Assembly: GCA_045661285.1 (NCBI GenBank)
Contig: JAZRFI010000072.1
Span: 1-39,366 of the forward strand
Reading direction: 5' to 3'
From: Eubacteriales bacterium
GTDB lineage: Bacteria; Bacillota; Clostridia; Oscillospirales; CAG-272
DNA length: 39,366 bases
Under the pieces are notes generated by a model. It searched no databases and had not been told where the DNA came from. It saw nothing but the letters and a program-made list of their open reading frames with translations. The position numbers and the translations under genes are program-made. Position 1 is the first letter of the stretch, and each line of letters starts with the position of its first letter. Of this stretch, positions 17,242-27,681 are shown piece by piece.

Positions 17242-17994
17242 TTACGGAATATCCGTTAATAGCTCAGGCCCATTCTCCAAGATCGCTACGGTGTTTTCGT
17301 AGTGAGCCGATAAAGAGCCGTCGACAGTAACGACTGTCCAGTGATTCGGCAGAACGCGAACGTCCGCACCGCCTGCATTTACCATCGGTTCGATGGCAAT
17401 CGTCATTCCGGCAAACAGCCTGGCCCCGCGCCCCGCCGTTCCGAAATTCGGAACCTCGGGATCCTCGTGAAGCTCAGCCCCAATGCCATGCCCAACGTAA
17501 CGCCGGACTACGGAATATCCGAACTCACGCGCGTAGCTGTCTACGGCGCTTCCGATATCCCCGATGCGCCCCCCTACCAAAGCCGCGGCAACGCCACGGT
17601 AAAAGCTTTCTTTCGTTGCTTCTACAAGGCGCTTTGCCTCGGGGGAAATGCTACCGACCGCGAAGGTTCTGGCAGCGTCACCGTTGTAGCCTTTGTAACA
17701 GGCACCGACGTCCACCTTTACGATATCGCCTTCGGCAAGAAAGCGATCCGCACTGGGGATGCCGTGAATGACCTCGTTGTTGATACTGATGCAAGCCGCG
17801 CCGGGAAAGCCACCGTATCCGAGGAAGGAAGGACGGGCACCGCATTTTTCAATGTATCGGTGGATGATCCCGTCTAACTCCTTCGTGCTGATACCGGGGC
17901 GGATCGCTTCTTCAGCCACCCGCAAGGCTTCACCGGTTATTCGGCCGGCATGCCGCATCAGCTTGAGCTGCTCGGCATTTTTAATCGAAATCAT
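17242..17994 (-). CDS. map: Type I methionine aminopeptidase
   Basis: MISIKNAEQLKLMRHAGRI...NEVIHGIP...DVGA...GDAARTF...GHGIG..HE matches the metal-ligand pattern of MetAP. The start overlaps the adk stop (ATGA). Confidence 0.95.
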   Translation of the reverse strand: MISIKNAEQLKLMRHAGRITGEALRVAEEAIRPGISTKELDGIIHRYIEKCGARPSFLGYGGFPGAACISINNEVIHGIPSADRFLAEGDIVKVDVGACYKGYNGDAARTFAVGSISPEAKRLVEATKESFYRGVAAALVGGRIGDIGSAVDSYAREFGYSVVRRYVGHGIGAELHEDPEVPNFGTAGRGARLFAGMTIAIEPMVNAGGADVRVLPNHWTVVTVDGSLSAHYENTVAILENGPELLTDIP

Positions 17995-18629
17995 TGAACT
18001 GCCTCCAAAGCGGCAAGCGTCAGACGCGTGGTTTCTTCAACCGTTCTTTGCCCAACGACCGTAACGAGAAGCGAAAGCTTTTCGTAAAAGTCTTTTAAGG
18101 GTTCGGTCGTCTTGTGATAGATCGAGAGACGGTCAAGGACCACCTCGGGCTTATCGTCGTGACGAACCGTAAGCGCGTCGCCGCACTTATCGCAGACGCC
18201 CTCTTTTTGAGAAGGCTTGGAGGTTACGTGAAAGGTTGCCCCGCAGGTGGGACACACGCGCCGCCCGCTCATACGCTCGATGATCTCTTCGTCAGAGACC
18301 TCAAGCGAAACAACGGCGTCGGGGCGTATACCCATTCTTTCCAGCGCCTCAGCCTGAGGCACCGTACGGGGAAATCCGTCTAAGATGAAGCCCATGGAGC
18401 AATCGGGCATCGCCAATCTTTCCTTGACAAGGTTGACAACAACCTCATCGGGAACCAGCGCGCCTTTATCCATATAGGCCTTTGCGGCAAGACCGGTAGG
18501 CGTACCGTCCTTTACCGCTTGCCGAATAATGGCGCCGGTAGAGATCGTCGGAATCGAAAAACGCTCCGAAACGATCTCTGCCTGCGTGCCCTTACCGGCA
18601 CCGGGGGCCCCCAGAAATATGATCTTCAT
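17991..18629 (-). CDS. adk: Adenylate kinase (Zn-binding LID form)
   Basis: The P-loop is MKIIFLGAPGAGKGTQA. The LID carries CPTCGATFH...CDKCG. Confidence 0.95.
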   Translation of the reverse strand: MKIIFLGAPGAGKGTQAEIVSERFSIPTISTGAIIRQAVKDGTPTGLAAKAYMDKGALVPDEVVVNLVKERLAMPDCSMGFILDGFPRTVPQAEALERMGIRPDAVVSLEVSDEEIIERMSGRRVCPTCGATFHVTSKPSQKEGVCDKCGDALTVRHDDKPEVVLDRLSIYHKTTEPLKDFYEKLSLLVTVVGQRTVEETTRLTLAALEAVQ

Positions 18630-18642
18630 ATCTCTCTCCTTT

Positions 18643-20016
18643 TTAAGAAAGGAAGCCCTTATAGTTCCGCATCGTCAGCTGAGCCTCGATTTCTCTCGCA
18701 GTCTCCAGCGCGATACCGACAACGATCAGGATCGACGTACCACCGAAGGTGAAGGTCGAAGCCAAGGAATCTGCGGTCGCTGTATCACTGAGGATCGCAT
18801 TGATGATAGGCGTCAGCACCAAGGGACGGGCGATGATCGGAAGAATGGCGATGACACTCAGGAACAGAGCGCCCATAAGGGTGATCTTGCTGAGGATCTT
18901 CGCGATGTATTCCGCCGTCGGTCTGCCTTGACGGATGCCGGGCACCATACCGCCGTTCCGCTTCAGGTTGTTGGCAACCTCAACCGGATTGAAGGAGATG
19001 GCGCTGTAGAAATAGGCGAAAGCGATGATGAGAACGAACAAAAAGATAGGATAGAACCAGCCGCTGGGATCTAAGAAGCGGTAAAGGCCGCCCCAGAAGC
19101 CGGTGGTTTTCTCGGTCACCTTGCAAAGAACCATAATGGTCGAAGGCAAGGAAACGATCGAAGAAGCGAAGATGACAGGCATAACGCCCGACATATTCAG
19201 CTGCAAAGGAAGGTTGGTGCTTTGTCCGCCGTACATTTTACGACCGACGACACGCTTGGCGTACTGTACCGGGATCCGACGCTCGCTTCCCGTGATGAAG
19301 ATGATGAAGAAGACGAGAGCGAGGAGCCCGAGCAGGACGAAGAGCGAAAGGCCGATACCAAGGAAGCCCTTGCCGACGCCCAGCGAAAATCCGTCGCTGC
19401 AGACCGCAACCAGGTTGATAACGGTAGAGGGCAGCGTTTGGATGATGTTAAAGAAGAGGATGACCGAGATCCCGTTTCCGAGACCGTTGGCATTGATCTT
19501 CTCTGCCAGCCACATAACGAGCGAGGCACCCGCGCAGAAGCAGGTAACGATTACGACCGCATAAAGGAACCAGGGGCCGCCGTCCGCTTTCGCGGCACCG
19601 TTTACCAGCATACCGCTGTCGGCAAGAAGCATATAATAGCCGATTGCCGTAACGATCGCCAGAGCCATGGTTACCCAACGGGTGATCGTGTTGATCTTTT
19701 CTTTTCCCTCTTCCCCTTGCTTGGAAAGCTCACCAAGCTTCGGAAACGCTACGCAAAGAAGCTGAATAACGATCGAAGCCGTGATATAGGGGGAAATACC
19801 GAGGGCAAACAGCGTCGCCTGTCCGAGAGAGCCGCCCGAAAGCGTATTCATATACGAGAAGATCGTGTTCCCGAAATACGAATTAAAGCTCGAGGCGTCC
19901 ACGTACGGGACGGGAAGACTTGCACCGATTCTGTAAAGAAGCAGGATAAAGAGGACATAGAGGATCTTTTTGCGAAGCTCAGGAAGTTTCCAAGCTTTGA
20001 CAAACGTCTGTAGCAT
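18643..20016 (-). CDS. secY: Preprotein translocase subunit SecY
   Basis: Ten-helix membrane protein with MLQTFVKAWKLPELRKKILYVLFILLLYRIG...LFALGISPYITASIV. I prefer ATG 20016 (GAGGTGG 6 nt upstream, 1 nt after the rplO stop) to the track's GTG 20040. Confidence 0.93.
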   Translation of the reverse strand: MLQTFVKAWKLPELRKKILYVLFILLLYRIGASLPVPYVDASSFNSYFGNTIFSYMNTLSGGSLGQATLFALGISPYITASIVIQLLCVAFPKLGELSKQGEEGKEKINTITRWVTMALAIVTAIGYYMLLADSGMLVNGAAKADGGPWFLYAVVIVTCFCAGASLVMWLAEKINANGLGNGISVILFFNIIQTLPSTVINLVAVCSDGFSLGVGKGFLGIGLSLFVLLGLLALVFFIIFITGSERRIPVQYAKRVVGRKMYGGQSTNLPLQLNMSGVMPVIFASSIVSLPSTIMVLCKVTEKTTGFWGGLYRFLDPSGWFYPIFLFVLIIAFAYFYSAISFNPVEVANNLKRNGGMVPGIRQGRPTAEYIAKILSKITLMGALFLSVIAILPIIARPLVLTPIINAILSDTATADSLASTFTFGGTSILIVVGIALETAREIEAQLTMRNYKGFLS

Positions 20017-20017
20017 A

Positions 20018-20458
20018 TCAGACCACCTCGGTCTTTCCACCTGCCGCTTCTATCTTCTCTTTCGCAGTATTGGAAAAGACAGCTGCTTTCACGGTAAGTT
20101 TTTTGGTAAGCTCGCCGTTACCGAGAATCTTGATGCCGTCGCAGGCACAACGAACGGTTCCGCTTGCGAGAAGGACCGCTTCGTCCACTACTGCGCCGTC
20201 TTCGAATTTGTTGAGGGTCTCAATGTTGACAATGGCATAGTTCTTGGCGAACTTGTTGGTAAAGCCTCTCTTCGGAAGCTTACGGTACAGCGGAAGCTGA
20301 CCGCCCTCGAAGCCGGGTCTTACCCCACCGCCCGAACGAGCGTTCTGTCCTTTGTGGCCTTTACCGGCCGTTTTTCCGTTTCCGGACCCGGGGCCTCTTC
20401 CCTTGCGGAAAGAATCGCGAACCGAGCCTTCGGCGGGAGAAAGTTCATAAAGTTTCAT
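20018..20458 (-). CDS. rplO: 50S ribosomal protein L15
   Basis: [12 protein letters not shown]...[49 protein letters not shown] matches L15. Confidence 0.95.
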   Translation of the reverse strand: MKLYELSPAEGSVRDSFRKGRGPGSGNGKTAGKGHKGQNARSGGGVRPGFEGGQLPLYRKLPKRGFTNKFAKNYAIVNIETLNKFEDGAVVDEAVLLASGTVRCACDGIKILGNGELTKKLTVKAAVFSNTAKEKIEAAGGKTEVV

Positions 20459-20484
20459 ATCTTTGCTCTCCTTTCTTTCCCGTC

Positions 20485-20664
20485 TCAGAGCGCTTCGACC
20501 TTAACGAGGTGGCGCAGGACGTTGATCTTGCCGGCCAGAACCTTGTCGTTGTCGTGAATAACGCAGTCACCGGGGCGGCGCAAGCCGAGCGAAGCCGCGG
20601 TCACTTTCTGATTGGGTTTTGCGGAGATCAAGCTGCGAGTAAGGACTACTTTAACCTTTTCCAT
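20485..20664 (-). CDS. rpmD: 50S ribosomal protein L30
   Basis: [33 protein letters not shown] matches L30. I chose ATG 20664 with GAGGAGGGG upstream; the track's longer start overlaps rpsE. Confidence 0.9.
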   Translation of the reverse strand: MEKVKVVLTRSLISAKPNQKVTAASLGLRRPGDCVIHDNDKVLAGKINVLRHLVKVEAL

Positions 20665-20678
20665 GATAAAGCCCCTCC

Positions 20679-21182
20679 TCAACCCTTGATCTCGTCCACG
20701 GAAAGACCGCGGAGCTTAGCAACCTCTTCCGCCGAACGAAGCTGGGCAAGACCCTCGAAGGTCGCCTTTACAACGTTAACGGGGTTCGAGGAACGAAGGC
20801 ACTTTGCACGGATATTCTTGATACCGGCAGCCTCCAGCACTTTACGAACGGCACCACCCGCGATGATACCGGTACCGGCAGGGGCGGGCTTCAAAAGAAC
20901 CTTACCCGAGCCGAAAATGCCGGTGACCTCGTGAGGGATGGTGGTATCGTTAAGCGATACGGTGATCATATTTTTCTTTGCATCTTCGATTCCCTTGCGG
21001 ATAGCTTCGGGAACCTCGGCAGCTTTTCCAAGACCGTAGCCGACCTTGCCCTTGCCGTTACCAATGACCATGATAGCGGCGAAGCGGGCGATACGACCAC
21101 CCTTTACCGTCTTGGAAACACGGTTTAATGCAACGAGCTTTTCTTGAAATTCAGACTCGATTGCTTCATTTCTTCTTGCCAT
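20679..21182 (-). CDS. rpsE: 30S ribosomal protein S5
   Basis: [51 protein letters not shown] matches S5. I chose ATG 21182 after AAGGAG. Confidence 0.95.
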   Translation of the reverse strand: MARRNEAIESEFQEKLVALNRVSKTVKGGRIARFAAIMVIGNGKGKVGYGLGKAAEVPEAIRKGIEDAKKNMITVSLNDTTIPHEVTGIFGSGKVLLKPAPAGTGIIAGGAVRKVLEAAGIKNIRAKCLRSSNPVNVVKATFEGLAQLRSAEEVAKLRGLSVDEIKG

Positions 21183-21230
21183 GTTTTTCTCCTTAAATTC
21201 TAATCTCTGGAGTGTGTACAAACCGGAAAA

Positions 21231-21590
21231 TCAGAACTTCAGGCCGCCCTCGCGAGCGCCTGCAGCCAGTTCCGATACACGTCCGTGGTAAATATAGCCG
21301 CCGCGGTCGAAAACGGCCTCGGGAATGCCTTTTTGGATAGCACGCTCGGCAAGCGCGATACCAACCTTCTTCGCGGCCTCTTTGTTAGACCCGATGCCTT
21401 CGAAGGAAGCCTCCAACGTGGAAGCGGAAGCCAGCGTAACACCCTTGGTGTCGTCGATGATCTGCGCCGAAATGTTGGCGTTGGAACGGTAGACGCAAAG
21501 ACGGGGTCTTTCGGTCGTACCGAAAATCTTCGAGCGAACTCTGACGTGTCTCTTAAGACGTTGCTTATTGCTGTCGATTCTCTTAACCAT
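21231..21590 (-). CDS. rplR: 50S ribosomal protein L18
   Basis: [37 protein letters not shown]...[26 protein letters not shown] matches L18. Confidence 0.95.
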   Translation of the reverse strand: MVKRIDSNKQRLKRHVRVRSKIFGTTERPRLCVYRSNANISAQIIDDTKGVTLASASTLEASFEGIGSNKEAAKKVGIALAERAIQKGIPEAVFDRGGYIYHGRVSELAAGAREGGLKF

Positions 21591-21608
21591 GTCTTATGAC
21601 TCCTTTCA

Positions 21609-22148
21609 TTATTTACCGGTCTTACCGGCCTTGCGGCGGATCTTTTCACCGGCATACTTGATACCCTTACCAAGGTACGGCTCGGGAGGTCTCTTCTCAC
21701 GGATCTGGGCCGCGATCTGACCAACCGCTTGCTTATCGATACCCTTTACGATAATCGTGTTGCTATCGGGGGTCTCGAAGGTAATTCCGTTATTCTCCTC
21801 GAAGAATACGGGGTGAGAATAACCGAGGTTCAAAACCAGCTTTTTGCCCTGCTTTTCGACACGGTAACCAACGCCGACGATTTCGAGGCGCTTGGAGTAA
21901 CCCTTCGAAACACCCTCAACCATGTTGAAGAGGAGCGCACGGCTCAGACCGTGAATGGCACGGTCTTCCTTCACGTCGCTGTGACGGGAAACCGTCAGAA
22001 CGCCGTCGTTCTGCTCAATGGTAACGTTGGGCAGGAAGGTGGAAGTAAGGGTACCGAGGGTGCCCTTAACGGTAACGACGTTTCCTTCACCGATGGTAAC
22101 CGTAACACCGGCAGGAACGGTAATGGGGGCTCTTCCGATTCTTGACAT
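21609..22148 (-). CDS. rplF: 50S ribosomal protein L6
   Basis: MSRIGRAPITVPAGVTV...LEIVGVGYRV...LNLGYSHPV...PEPYLGKGIKY matches L6. Confidence 0.95.
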   Translation of the reverse strand: MSRIGRAPITVPAGVTVTIGEGNVVTVKGTLGTLTSTFLPNVTIEQNDGVLTVSRHSDVKEDRAIHGLSRALLFNMVEGVSKGYSKRLEIVGVGYRVEKQGKKLVLNLGYSHPVFFEENNGITFETPDSNTIIVKGIDKQAVGQIAAQIREKRPPEPYLGKGIKYAGEKIRRKAGKTGK

Positions 22149-22161
22149 CTTCTTTGCCTCC

Positions 22162-22560
22162 TTACCAGACGAACGCGAGGACTTCGCCGCCCACGTTCTC
22201 TTTTCTTGCTTTCTTGTCGGTCATGATACCCTTAGAGGTAGAAACGATCGCAATGCCCAGGCCGTTCATAACGCGGGGCATATTTTCGCAGTCGGAGTAG
22301 ATACGGAGGCCGGGCTTGGAAACGCGGCGCAGACCGTGAATGACCTTCTGCTTGTTGGCGGCATACTTCAGCGTAACGCGGATGATGCCCTGCTTGCCGT
22401 CCTCAACGATCTGATAGCTCTTGATATAGCCTTCGTTGAAAAGGATCTCGGCAATGGATTTCTTGAGATTGGACGCCGGAATGTCAACCGTCTCGTGCTT
22501 GGCGCTGTTAGCGTTTCTGATACGGGTGAGCATATCGGCAATGACGTCGGAATTTTGCAT
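22162..22560 (-). CDS. rpsH: 30S ribosomal protein S8
   Basis: [42 protein letters not shown]...VSKPGLRIY...GGEVLAFVW matches S8. Confidence 0.95.
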   Translation of the reverse strand: MQNSDVIADMLTRIRNANSAKHETVDIPASNLKKSIAEILFNEGYIKSYQIVEDGKQGIIRVTLKYAANKQKVIHGLRRVSKPGLRIYSDCENMPRVMNGLGIAIVSTSKGIMTDKKARKENVGGEVLAFVW

Positions 22561-22667
22561 TTTCAGTATCCTCCTTTATGCAAGTTCAAAATGCTTGCTG
22601 CCACTTTCGTGGCGGCTGATCGGTGGTAAAAGCCAAGGCTTTCCTTCCGATAGAAAAAGAGTTTTTA

Positions 22668-22853
22668 TTACCAGCTTGCTTTGCGCACGCCGGGAATTTC
22701 GCCGTTGTAGGCGAGCTCACGGAAGCAGATACGGCAGATACCGTACTTACGGAGATACGCATGAGGTCTGCCGCAAATCTTGCATCTGTTGTAAGCGCGG
22801 GTCGAAAACTTCGGCGTCGCCTGCTGCTTCAGAATCATGGATTTTTTAGCCAT
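22668..22853 (-). CDS. rpsN: 30S ribosomal protein S14, short Zn-binding type Z
   Basis: It is 61 aa and reads [11 protein letters not shown]...[38 protein letters not shown]. Confidence 0.95.
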   Translation of the reverse strand: MAKKSMILKQQATPKFSTRAYNRCKICGRPHAYLRKYGICRICFRELAYNGEIPGVRKASW

Positions 22854-22865
22854 TCTTCATTCTCC

Positions 22866-23405
22866 TCATTTCGCAAAGGGCGCGCCCATAAGGGTCAGCA
22901 GCTCTTTTGCTTCTTCGTCGTTTTGGGCCGTGGTTACGAACACGATGTCCATACCGCGGATCTTCTCGATTTTATCGTACTCGATCTCGGGGAAGATCAA
23001 CTGCTCTTTAAGACCCAGGGCGTAGTTGCCGCGGCCGTCAAAGGCGTTGGGGTTGATCCCCTTGAAGTCACGCACGCGAGGAAGGGCGAAGTTAAAGAGT
23101 CTGTCCATAAATTCGTACATTCTCTCGCCTCTGAGCGTTACCTTAACACCGATCTTCATGCCTTCGCGGAGCTTGAAGTTCGAAACCGACTTTCTTGCAA
23201 AGGTCGGAACCGCCTTCTGGCCGGCGATCATGGAGATTTCCGAGATAACCGAATCGATAACCTTGCTGTTTTCCTTGGCATCGCCGCAGCCGACGTTGAT
23301 CACGATCTTCTCAAAGCGCGGGATCTGCATCGGGCTCTTGTAGGAAAACTTCTTCATGAGGGCGGGAGCGGCTTCGTTTTTGTAAAGTTCACTGTATCTA
23401 GACAT
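22866..23405 (-). CDS. rplE: 50S ribosomal protein L5
   Basis: [19 protein letters not shown]...[27 protein letters not shown]...[19 protein letters not shown] matches L5. Confidence 0.95.
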   Translation of the reverse strand: MSRYSELYKNEAAPALMKKFSYKSPMQIPRFEKIVINVGCGDAKENSKVIDSVISEISMIAGQKAVPTFARKSVSNFKLREGMKIGVKVTLRGERMYEFMDRLFNFALPRVRDFKGINPNAFDGRGNYALGLKEQLIFPEIEYDKIEKIRGMDIVFVTTAQNDEEAKELLTLMGAPFAK

Positions 23406-23422
23406 TTTCTACTCTCCTCCAC

Positions 23423-23752
23423 TCAGATTTTCTCGCCGCATTTGGCGCAAACGCGAACCTTGACCTGCTGACCGTTCTTGTCTTCCTGGAAGACGTAACG
23501 GGCACGCACGCCCTTGTCGCACTTGGGGCATACCAGCTGGACCTTGGAAGCGTAGATCGCGCCTTCGGTCTCGATGATGCTGCTGGTCTCGCCCTGTCTG
23601 CGGGCTTTGTTGTGCTTTTTGACCTTGTTGACGCCCTCGACCATAACCTTGCCTTCTTTAGGCGAGACGGCCAGGACCTTGCCGCGAACTCCCTTATCGT
23701 CGCCGGAGAGAACAACGACCAGATCGTCTTTCTTAATATGAAGCGTATTCAT
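23423..23752 (-). CDS. rplX: 50S ribosomal protein L24 (with two CxxC pairs in the C-terminal part)
   Basis: The KOW motif shows IKKDDLVVVLSGDDKGVRGKVLAV...VEGVNKVKKH. The C-terminal part carries CPKCDKG...CAKCGEK. Confidence 0.95.
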   Translation of the reverse strand: MNTLHIKKDDLVVVLSGDDKGVRGKVLAVSPKEGKVMVEGVNKVKKHNKARRQGETSSIIETEGAIYASKVQLVCPKCDKGVRARYVFQEDKNGQQVKVRVCAKCGEKI

Positions 23753-23770
23753 AATTCGTTTTTCCTCCGA

Positions 23771-24139
23771 TCAAAGTACTTCGGGAGCCAGAGAAAGGAT
23801 CTTGGTGAAATCCTTATCGCGGAGCTCTCTTGCTACAGGCCCAAAGATACGGGTACCTTTAGGCGTATTATCGTCTTTCAGGATGACAGCGGCGTTTTCG
23901 TCAAACTTGAGGTACGAGCCGTCTGCGCGACGGACACCGTTCACAGTTCGAACGACAACAGCCTTGACAACGTCACCCTTTTTTACCATGCCGCCGGGCG
24001 CTGCCTTTTTAACAGACGCGACGACAATATCGCCGATGCCCGCGTAGCGTCTGGCAGAACCGCCAAGCACACGGATACACATCAGCTCTTTGGCGCCGGT
24101 ATTGTCGGCGACCTTCATTAATGACTGCTGTTGAATCAC
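23771..24139 (-). CDS. rplN: 50S ribosomal protein L14
   Basis: [28 protein letters not shown]...GPVARELR matches L14. Confidence 0.95.
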   Translation of the reverse strand: MIQQQSLMKVADNTGAKELMCIRVLGGSARRYAGIGDIVVASVKKAAPGGMVKKGDVVKAVVVRTVNGVRRADGSYLKFDENAAVILKDDNTPKGTRIFGPVARELRDKDFTKILSLAPEVL

Positions 24140-24197
24140 TTAGGTTTCCTCCTTTTTCGACAAGCTTTTTGACCTGCCTACTTATAATTGTTGAAAC

Positions 24198-24455
24198 TTA
24201 TTTCGCTTTCTCGATAATTTCAACAAGACGCCACCGCTTGGTTGCGGAAAGGGGTCTCGTCTCCATTACGGAAACTTTGTCGCCAACGTTGCAGGCATTC
24301 TGCTCATCATGGGCGTGGATCTTGGTCGTGCGCTTCAGGATCTTGCCGTACTTGGGGTGACGGACGTTATCCTCGATCGCGACAACGATGGTCTTATCCA
24401 TCTTCGTGCTGATGACCTTGCCTACTCTGGTTTTTCTCAGGTTACGTTCAATCAT
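24198..24455 (-). CDS. rpsQ: 30S ribosomal protein S17
   Basis: [45 protein letters not shown]...[14 protein letters not shown] matches S17. Confidence 0.95.
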   Translation of the reverse strand: MIERNLRKTRVGKVISTKMDKTIVVAIEDNVRHPKYGKILKRTTKIHAHDEQNACNVGDKVSVMETRPLSATKRWRLVEIIEKAK

Positions 24456-24469
24456 GTTTCTCTACCTCC

Positions 24470-24658
24470 TCAGACATTCTTCTCGCCAAGAAGCGTCATG
24501 ACGCGTGCGATGTCGTGTCTGACCTCGGGAATTCTGTGCGGGTTATCAAGCTGATTGATAGCGTGCTGGAAACGGAGATTGAATAATTCGCTCTTAAGCT
24601 CGGCGAGCTTCTTTTCGAGCTGCTCGGTGCTGAGCTCTCTCAATTCATTTGCTTTCAC
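24470..24658 (-). CDS. rpmC: 50S ribosomal protein L29
   Basis: [31 protein letters not shown] matches L29. Confidence 0.95.
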   Translation of the reverse strand: MKANELRELSTEQLEKKLAELKSELFNLRFQHAINQLDNPHRIPEVRHDIARVMTLLGEKNV

Positions 24659-24661
24659 GGC

Positions 24662-25093
24662 TTATTCCTCCTCTGCTTCTACCACGTCGTCTTTGGTGAT
24701 AAACTTGCACTTGATCGGCAGCTTATGCATAGCAAGACGCATGGCCTCTCTTGCTTCCGCTTCCGGAATGCCTTCCATCTCGAACATGATGCGGCCGGGC
24801 TTAACGACGGCCACCCAGTATTCGGGCGAACCCTTACCGGAACCCATTCGAGTTTCGGCAGGCTTTTCGGTTACGGGCTTATCCGGGAAAATCTTGATCC
24901 AGACCTTACCGCCACGCTTGGTGTAACGGGTCATAGCAATACGGGCAGCCTCGATCTGGCTGCTCTTGATCCAGGCGGGTTCCAAAGCGACCAGACCGTA
25001 AGAGCCGAACGCCAACGTGGTACCACGGCTGGCCTTGCCCTTCATACGGCCGCGCTGAACGCGTCTGTACTTTACTCTTTTAGGCATTAACAT
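24662..25093 (-). CDS. rplP: 50S ribosomal protein L16
   Basis: [21 protein letters not shown]...[29 protein letters not shown] matches L16. The start shares 1 nt with the rpsC stop (TAATG). Confidence 0.95.
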   Translation of the reverse strand: MLMPKRVKYRRVQRGRMKGKASRGTTLAFGSYGLVALEPAWIKSSQIEAARIAMTRYTKRGGKVWIKIFPDKPVTEKPAETRMGSGKGSPEYWVAVVKPGRIMFEMEGIPEAEAREAMRLAMHKLPIKCKFITKDDVVEAEEE

Positions 25094-25878
25094 TATTTGG
25101 TTCCCTCCTCTGCTCTTCTGTGATCAAAACGGCGGGGACCTCTGCCTTCGCTGTTACCGCCTGCAGGACGGCGACCGTTGTTGTTGCCGTTGCCGGGGCG
25201 GCGGGGGCGTCTCTCGGTGCGGTCGGTTCTGGCGGCGCGCTCTGCGCTTTCGGCAAGAACTTCGCCCTTGTAGATCCAAACCTTGATACCGATCTTACCG
25301 TAGGTGGTATTGGCTTCATAGAAGCCGTATTCGATATCGGCACGGAGAGTCTGCAGCGGAATGGTTCCCTCGTGGTAATGCTCAGAGCGGGCGATTTCGG
25401 CGCCGCCGAGACGGCCGCTGCAGCAAACCTTGATACCCTTCGCGCCAAGACGCATGGTGCGGCCGATGGCCTGCTTCATCGCGCGGCGGAAAGAGGTACG
25501 CTTTTCCAGCTGAGCCGCGATGCTCTCGGCGACCAGCTGAGCGTTGAGGTCGGGGTTACGGATCTCAACGACGTTAACGATTACGGGACGGCCAACCATA
25601 GCCTCCAGCTCAACGCGGAGCTTTTCGATCTCCACGCCGCCGCGGCCGATGACCATACCGGGCTTCGCGCAATGCACGAATACACGAACGCGCTCTTTGT
25701 CGCGCTCGATCTCGAACTTCGGGCAGCCGGCTGCCTGAAGCTTCTTCTTCAGATATTCTCTGATGTTGTAGTCAGAAACCAGGGTATCGCCGAAGACTTC
25801 GTCTTCTACAAACCATCTGGAATCCCAACCCTTGATTACGCCAACGCGCAGTCCGTGGGGATTAACCTTCTGTCCCAT
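25093..25878 (-). CDS. rpsC: 30S ribosomal protein S3, with an Arg/Gly/Asn-rich C-terminal extension
   Basis: [23 protein letters not shown] and the KH domain segment [14 protein letters not shown] match S3. The tail is ...[45 protein letters not shown]. Confidence 0.95.
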   Translation of the reverse strand: MGQKVNPHGLRVGVIKGWDSRWFVEDEVFGDTLVSDYNIREYLKKKLQAAGCPKFEIERDKERVRVFVHCAKPGMVIGRGGVEIEKLRVELEAMVGRPVIVNVVEIRNPDLNAQLVAESIAAQLEKRTSFRRAMKQAIGRTMRLGAKGIKVCCSGRLGGAEIARSEHYHEGTIPLQTLRADIEYGFYEANTTYGKIGIKVWIYKGEVLAESAERAARTDRTERRPRRPGNGNNNGRRPAGGNSEGRGPRRFDHRRAEEGTK

Positions 25879-25879
25879 C

Positions 25880-26221
25880 TCAGCCGACCTCCTTCTCTTT
25901 TACTGCCATCGTGATATGGCTGGTTCTCTTTAAGATTCTGAACGCTCTTCCCTGCGCTCTCGGCTGTACTCTCTTCAGAGTCGGGCCGGGGCAGACGAAG
26001 CACTCGGAAATATAGAGGTTTCCGGCGTTCATATTGAAATTGTGTTCCGCATTGGCAACGGCGCTCTTCAAAAGCTTGATCAGCGGTTCGGATGCGCTCT
26101 TCTGCGTGTTCTGCAGGATCGCCATGGCGACCTCGGTATCCTTGCCGCGGATAAGATCAAGAACGATCTTTACCTTACGCGGAGAAATTCTGATATACTT
26201 CAGATATGCCTTCGCTTCCAT
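25880..26221 (-). CDS. rplV: 50S ribosomal protein L22
   Basis: [27 protein letters not shown]...[25 protein letters not shown] matches L22. ATG 26221 (AGGAG upstream) aligns with canonical L22 N-termini. The alternative ATG 26242 overlaps the rpsS stop (ATGA) but adds 7 non-conserved residues. Confidence 0.92.
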   Translation of the reverse strand: MEAKAYLKYIRISPRKVKIVLDLIRGKDTEVAMAILQNTQKSASEPLIKLLKSAVANAEHNFNMNAGNLYISECFVCPGPTLKRVQPRAQGRAFRILKRTSHITMAVKEKEVG

Positions 26222-26238
26222 TTTTAGGTCTGCTCCTT

Positions 26239-26520
26239 TCATTTCCCGTTGTTGGAGGTCTTCGAACCCGCGTGACCCTTAAAGGTACGGGTGGGGGCAA
26301 ATTCGCCCAGCTTGCGACCTACCATATCCTCGGTGATATACACCGGAACATGCTTTCTACCGTCGTGAACGGCGATCGTATGCCCAACGAAATCCGGGAA
26401 AACGGTGGAGGCGCGAGACCAGGTTTTCAAAACCTTCTTTTCGCCCTTTTCGTTCATAGCAACGATCTTGTTGTAAAGCTCCGGCTTTACGTAAGGGGCT
26501 TTTTTCAGGCTTCTGCTCAT
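26239..26520 (-). CDS. rpsS: 30S ribosomal protein S19
   Basis: [11 protein letters not shown]...[51 protein letters not shown] matches S19. Confidence 0.95.
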   Translation of the reverse strand: MSRSLKKAPYVKPELYNKIVAMNEKGEKKVLKTWSRASTVFPDFVGHTIAVHDGRKHVPVYITEDMVGRKLGEFAPTRTFKGHAGSKTSNNGK

Positions 26521-26538
26521 ACTCTTGTCTCCTTCCGC

Positions 26539-27369
26539 TTATTTCGCATTTCTGCGCTTAACGATGAACTTATCGGTCCTTGCCTTACGGTCTCTGGTCT
26601 TGTAACCGAGGGCGGGCTTGCCCCAAGGCGTTACAGGGCCGGGACGACCGATGGGGGACTTACCTTCACCACCGCCGTGAGGGTGGTCACAGGGGTTCAT
26701 AACCGAACCGCGAACGGTCGGACGGATACCCTTGTGGCGGGTCTTACCGGCCTTACCGAGCTTAACGGTGTCATGCTCGATGTTACCGATCTGACCGATG
26801 GTCGCCTTGCAATCGAGGCGGACCATACGAACCTCACCCGAGGGAAGACGGACCTGGGCGATCCCGTTCTCCTTCGCCATCAGCTGGGCCGAGGCGCCGG
26901 CGGAACGGACCATCTGGGCCCCCTTGCCGGGATAAAGCTCAATGTTGTTAATAAAGGTACCAACGGGAATGTTGGCGATCGGCAGGGTGTTACCCACCTT
27001 GATATCGGCATCGGCCGAAGCGTAGATCACGTCGCCGGCACGCAGACCGTCGGTCGCGATAACGTAGTTCTTCTTGCCGTCCTCATGCTGCAGAAGGGCG
27101 ATATAAGCCGTGCGGTTGGGGTCGTACTCAATGCCGACGACCGTCGCGGGGCTCTCGTTCTGACGCTTGAAGTCGATCAAGCGGTACTTCTGTCTGTTTC
27201 CGCCACCCTTGTGACGAACGGTGATCTTACCGTAGCTGTTACGGCCCGCGTTCTTCTTCTTAACGACCAAGAGCGACTTCTCAGGCTCGAACTTGGTGAT
27301 CTCGCTGAAAGAGGGCGCCGACATATTTCTGCGGGACGGAGTAGTAGGACTATATTTGATAGCAGCCAT
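26539..27369 (-). CDS. rplB: 50S ribosomal protein L2
   Basis: [28 protein letters not shown]...[23 protein letters not shown] matches L2. Confidence 0.95.
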   Translation of the reverse strand: MAAIKYSPTTPSRRNMSAPSFSEITKFEPEKSLLVVKKKNAGRNSYGKITVRHKGGGNRQKYRLIDFKRQNESPATVVGIEYDPNRTAYIALLQHEDGKKNYVIATDGLRAGDVIYASADADIKVGNTLPIANIPVGTFINNIELYPGKGAQMVRSAGASAQLMAKENGIAQVRLPSGEVRMVRLDCKATIGQIGNIEHDTVKLGKAGKTRHKGIRPTVRGSVMNPCDHPHGGGEGKSPIGRPGPVTPWGKPALGYKTRDRKARTDKFIVKRRNAK

Positions 27370-27387
27370 TTTCTTCTTCCTCCCTTA

Positions 27388-27681
27388 TCAGTTCATGCTG
27401 TCGAAGAAGCTGATCGTCTTGGAATCTTCCTTCAGAAGAACGATCGCTTTCTTCCACTCGCTGGTGAAACCGGCGTGAACGCCAAGGCGCTTCGGTTTCT
27501 TTTTCATGTTGATCGTGTTGACACTCTTAACCTCAACACCGAACATCGCTTCGACTGCCGCCGCGATATCGGCCTTGGTGGCATCGGCAGCAACCTCGAA
27601 GCAGTAACGCTTCTCGGCAACGCCGTCCATGCTCTTTTCGGTGATAAGAGGTCTTACGATGACGTTTTCAATGCTTCTCAT
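27388..27681 (-). CDS. rplW: 50S ribosomal protein L23
   Basis: VIVRPLITEKSM...YCFEV...ATKADIAAAVEAMFGVEVKSVNT matches L23. Confidence 0.95.
   Translation of the reverse strand: MRSIENVIVRPLITEKSMDGVAEKRYCFEVAADATKADIAAAVEAMFGVEVKSVNTINMKKKPKRLGVHAGFTSEWKKAIVLLKEDSKTISFFDSMN

Noticed and set aside
20017-20040. Upstream-extended start codons offered by the ORF track for secY (20040), rpmD (20682), rpsE (21221), rplV (26242), the M20 peptidase (35888), mutY (36675), the Zn-ribbon protein (36607), neuB (10652), the orphan protein (2349) and wzx (5160).
   Set aside because: In each case (except wzx) an internal ATG preceded by a good Shine-Dalgarno sequence reproduces the canonical N-terminus. 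The extensions also overlap the upstream gene or a terminator. The wzx start remains genuinely ambiguous.
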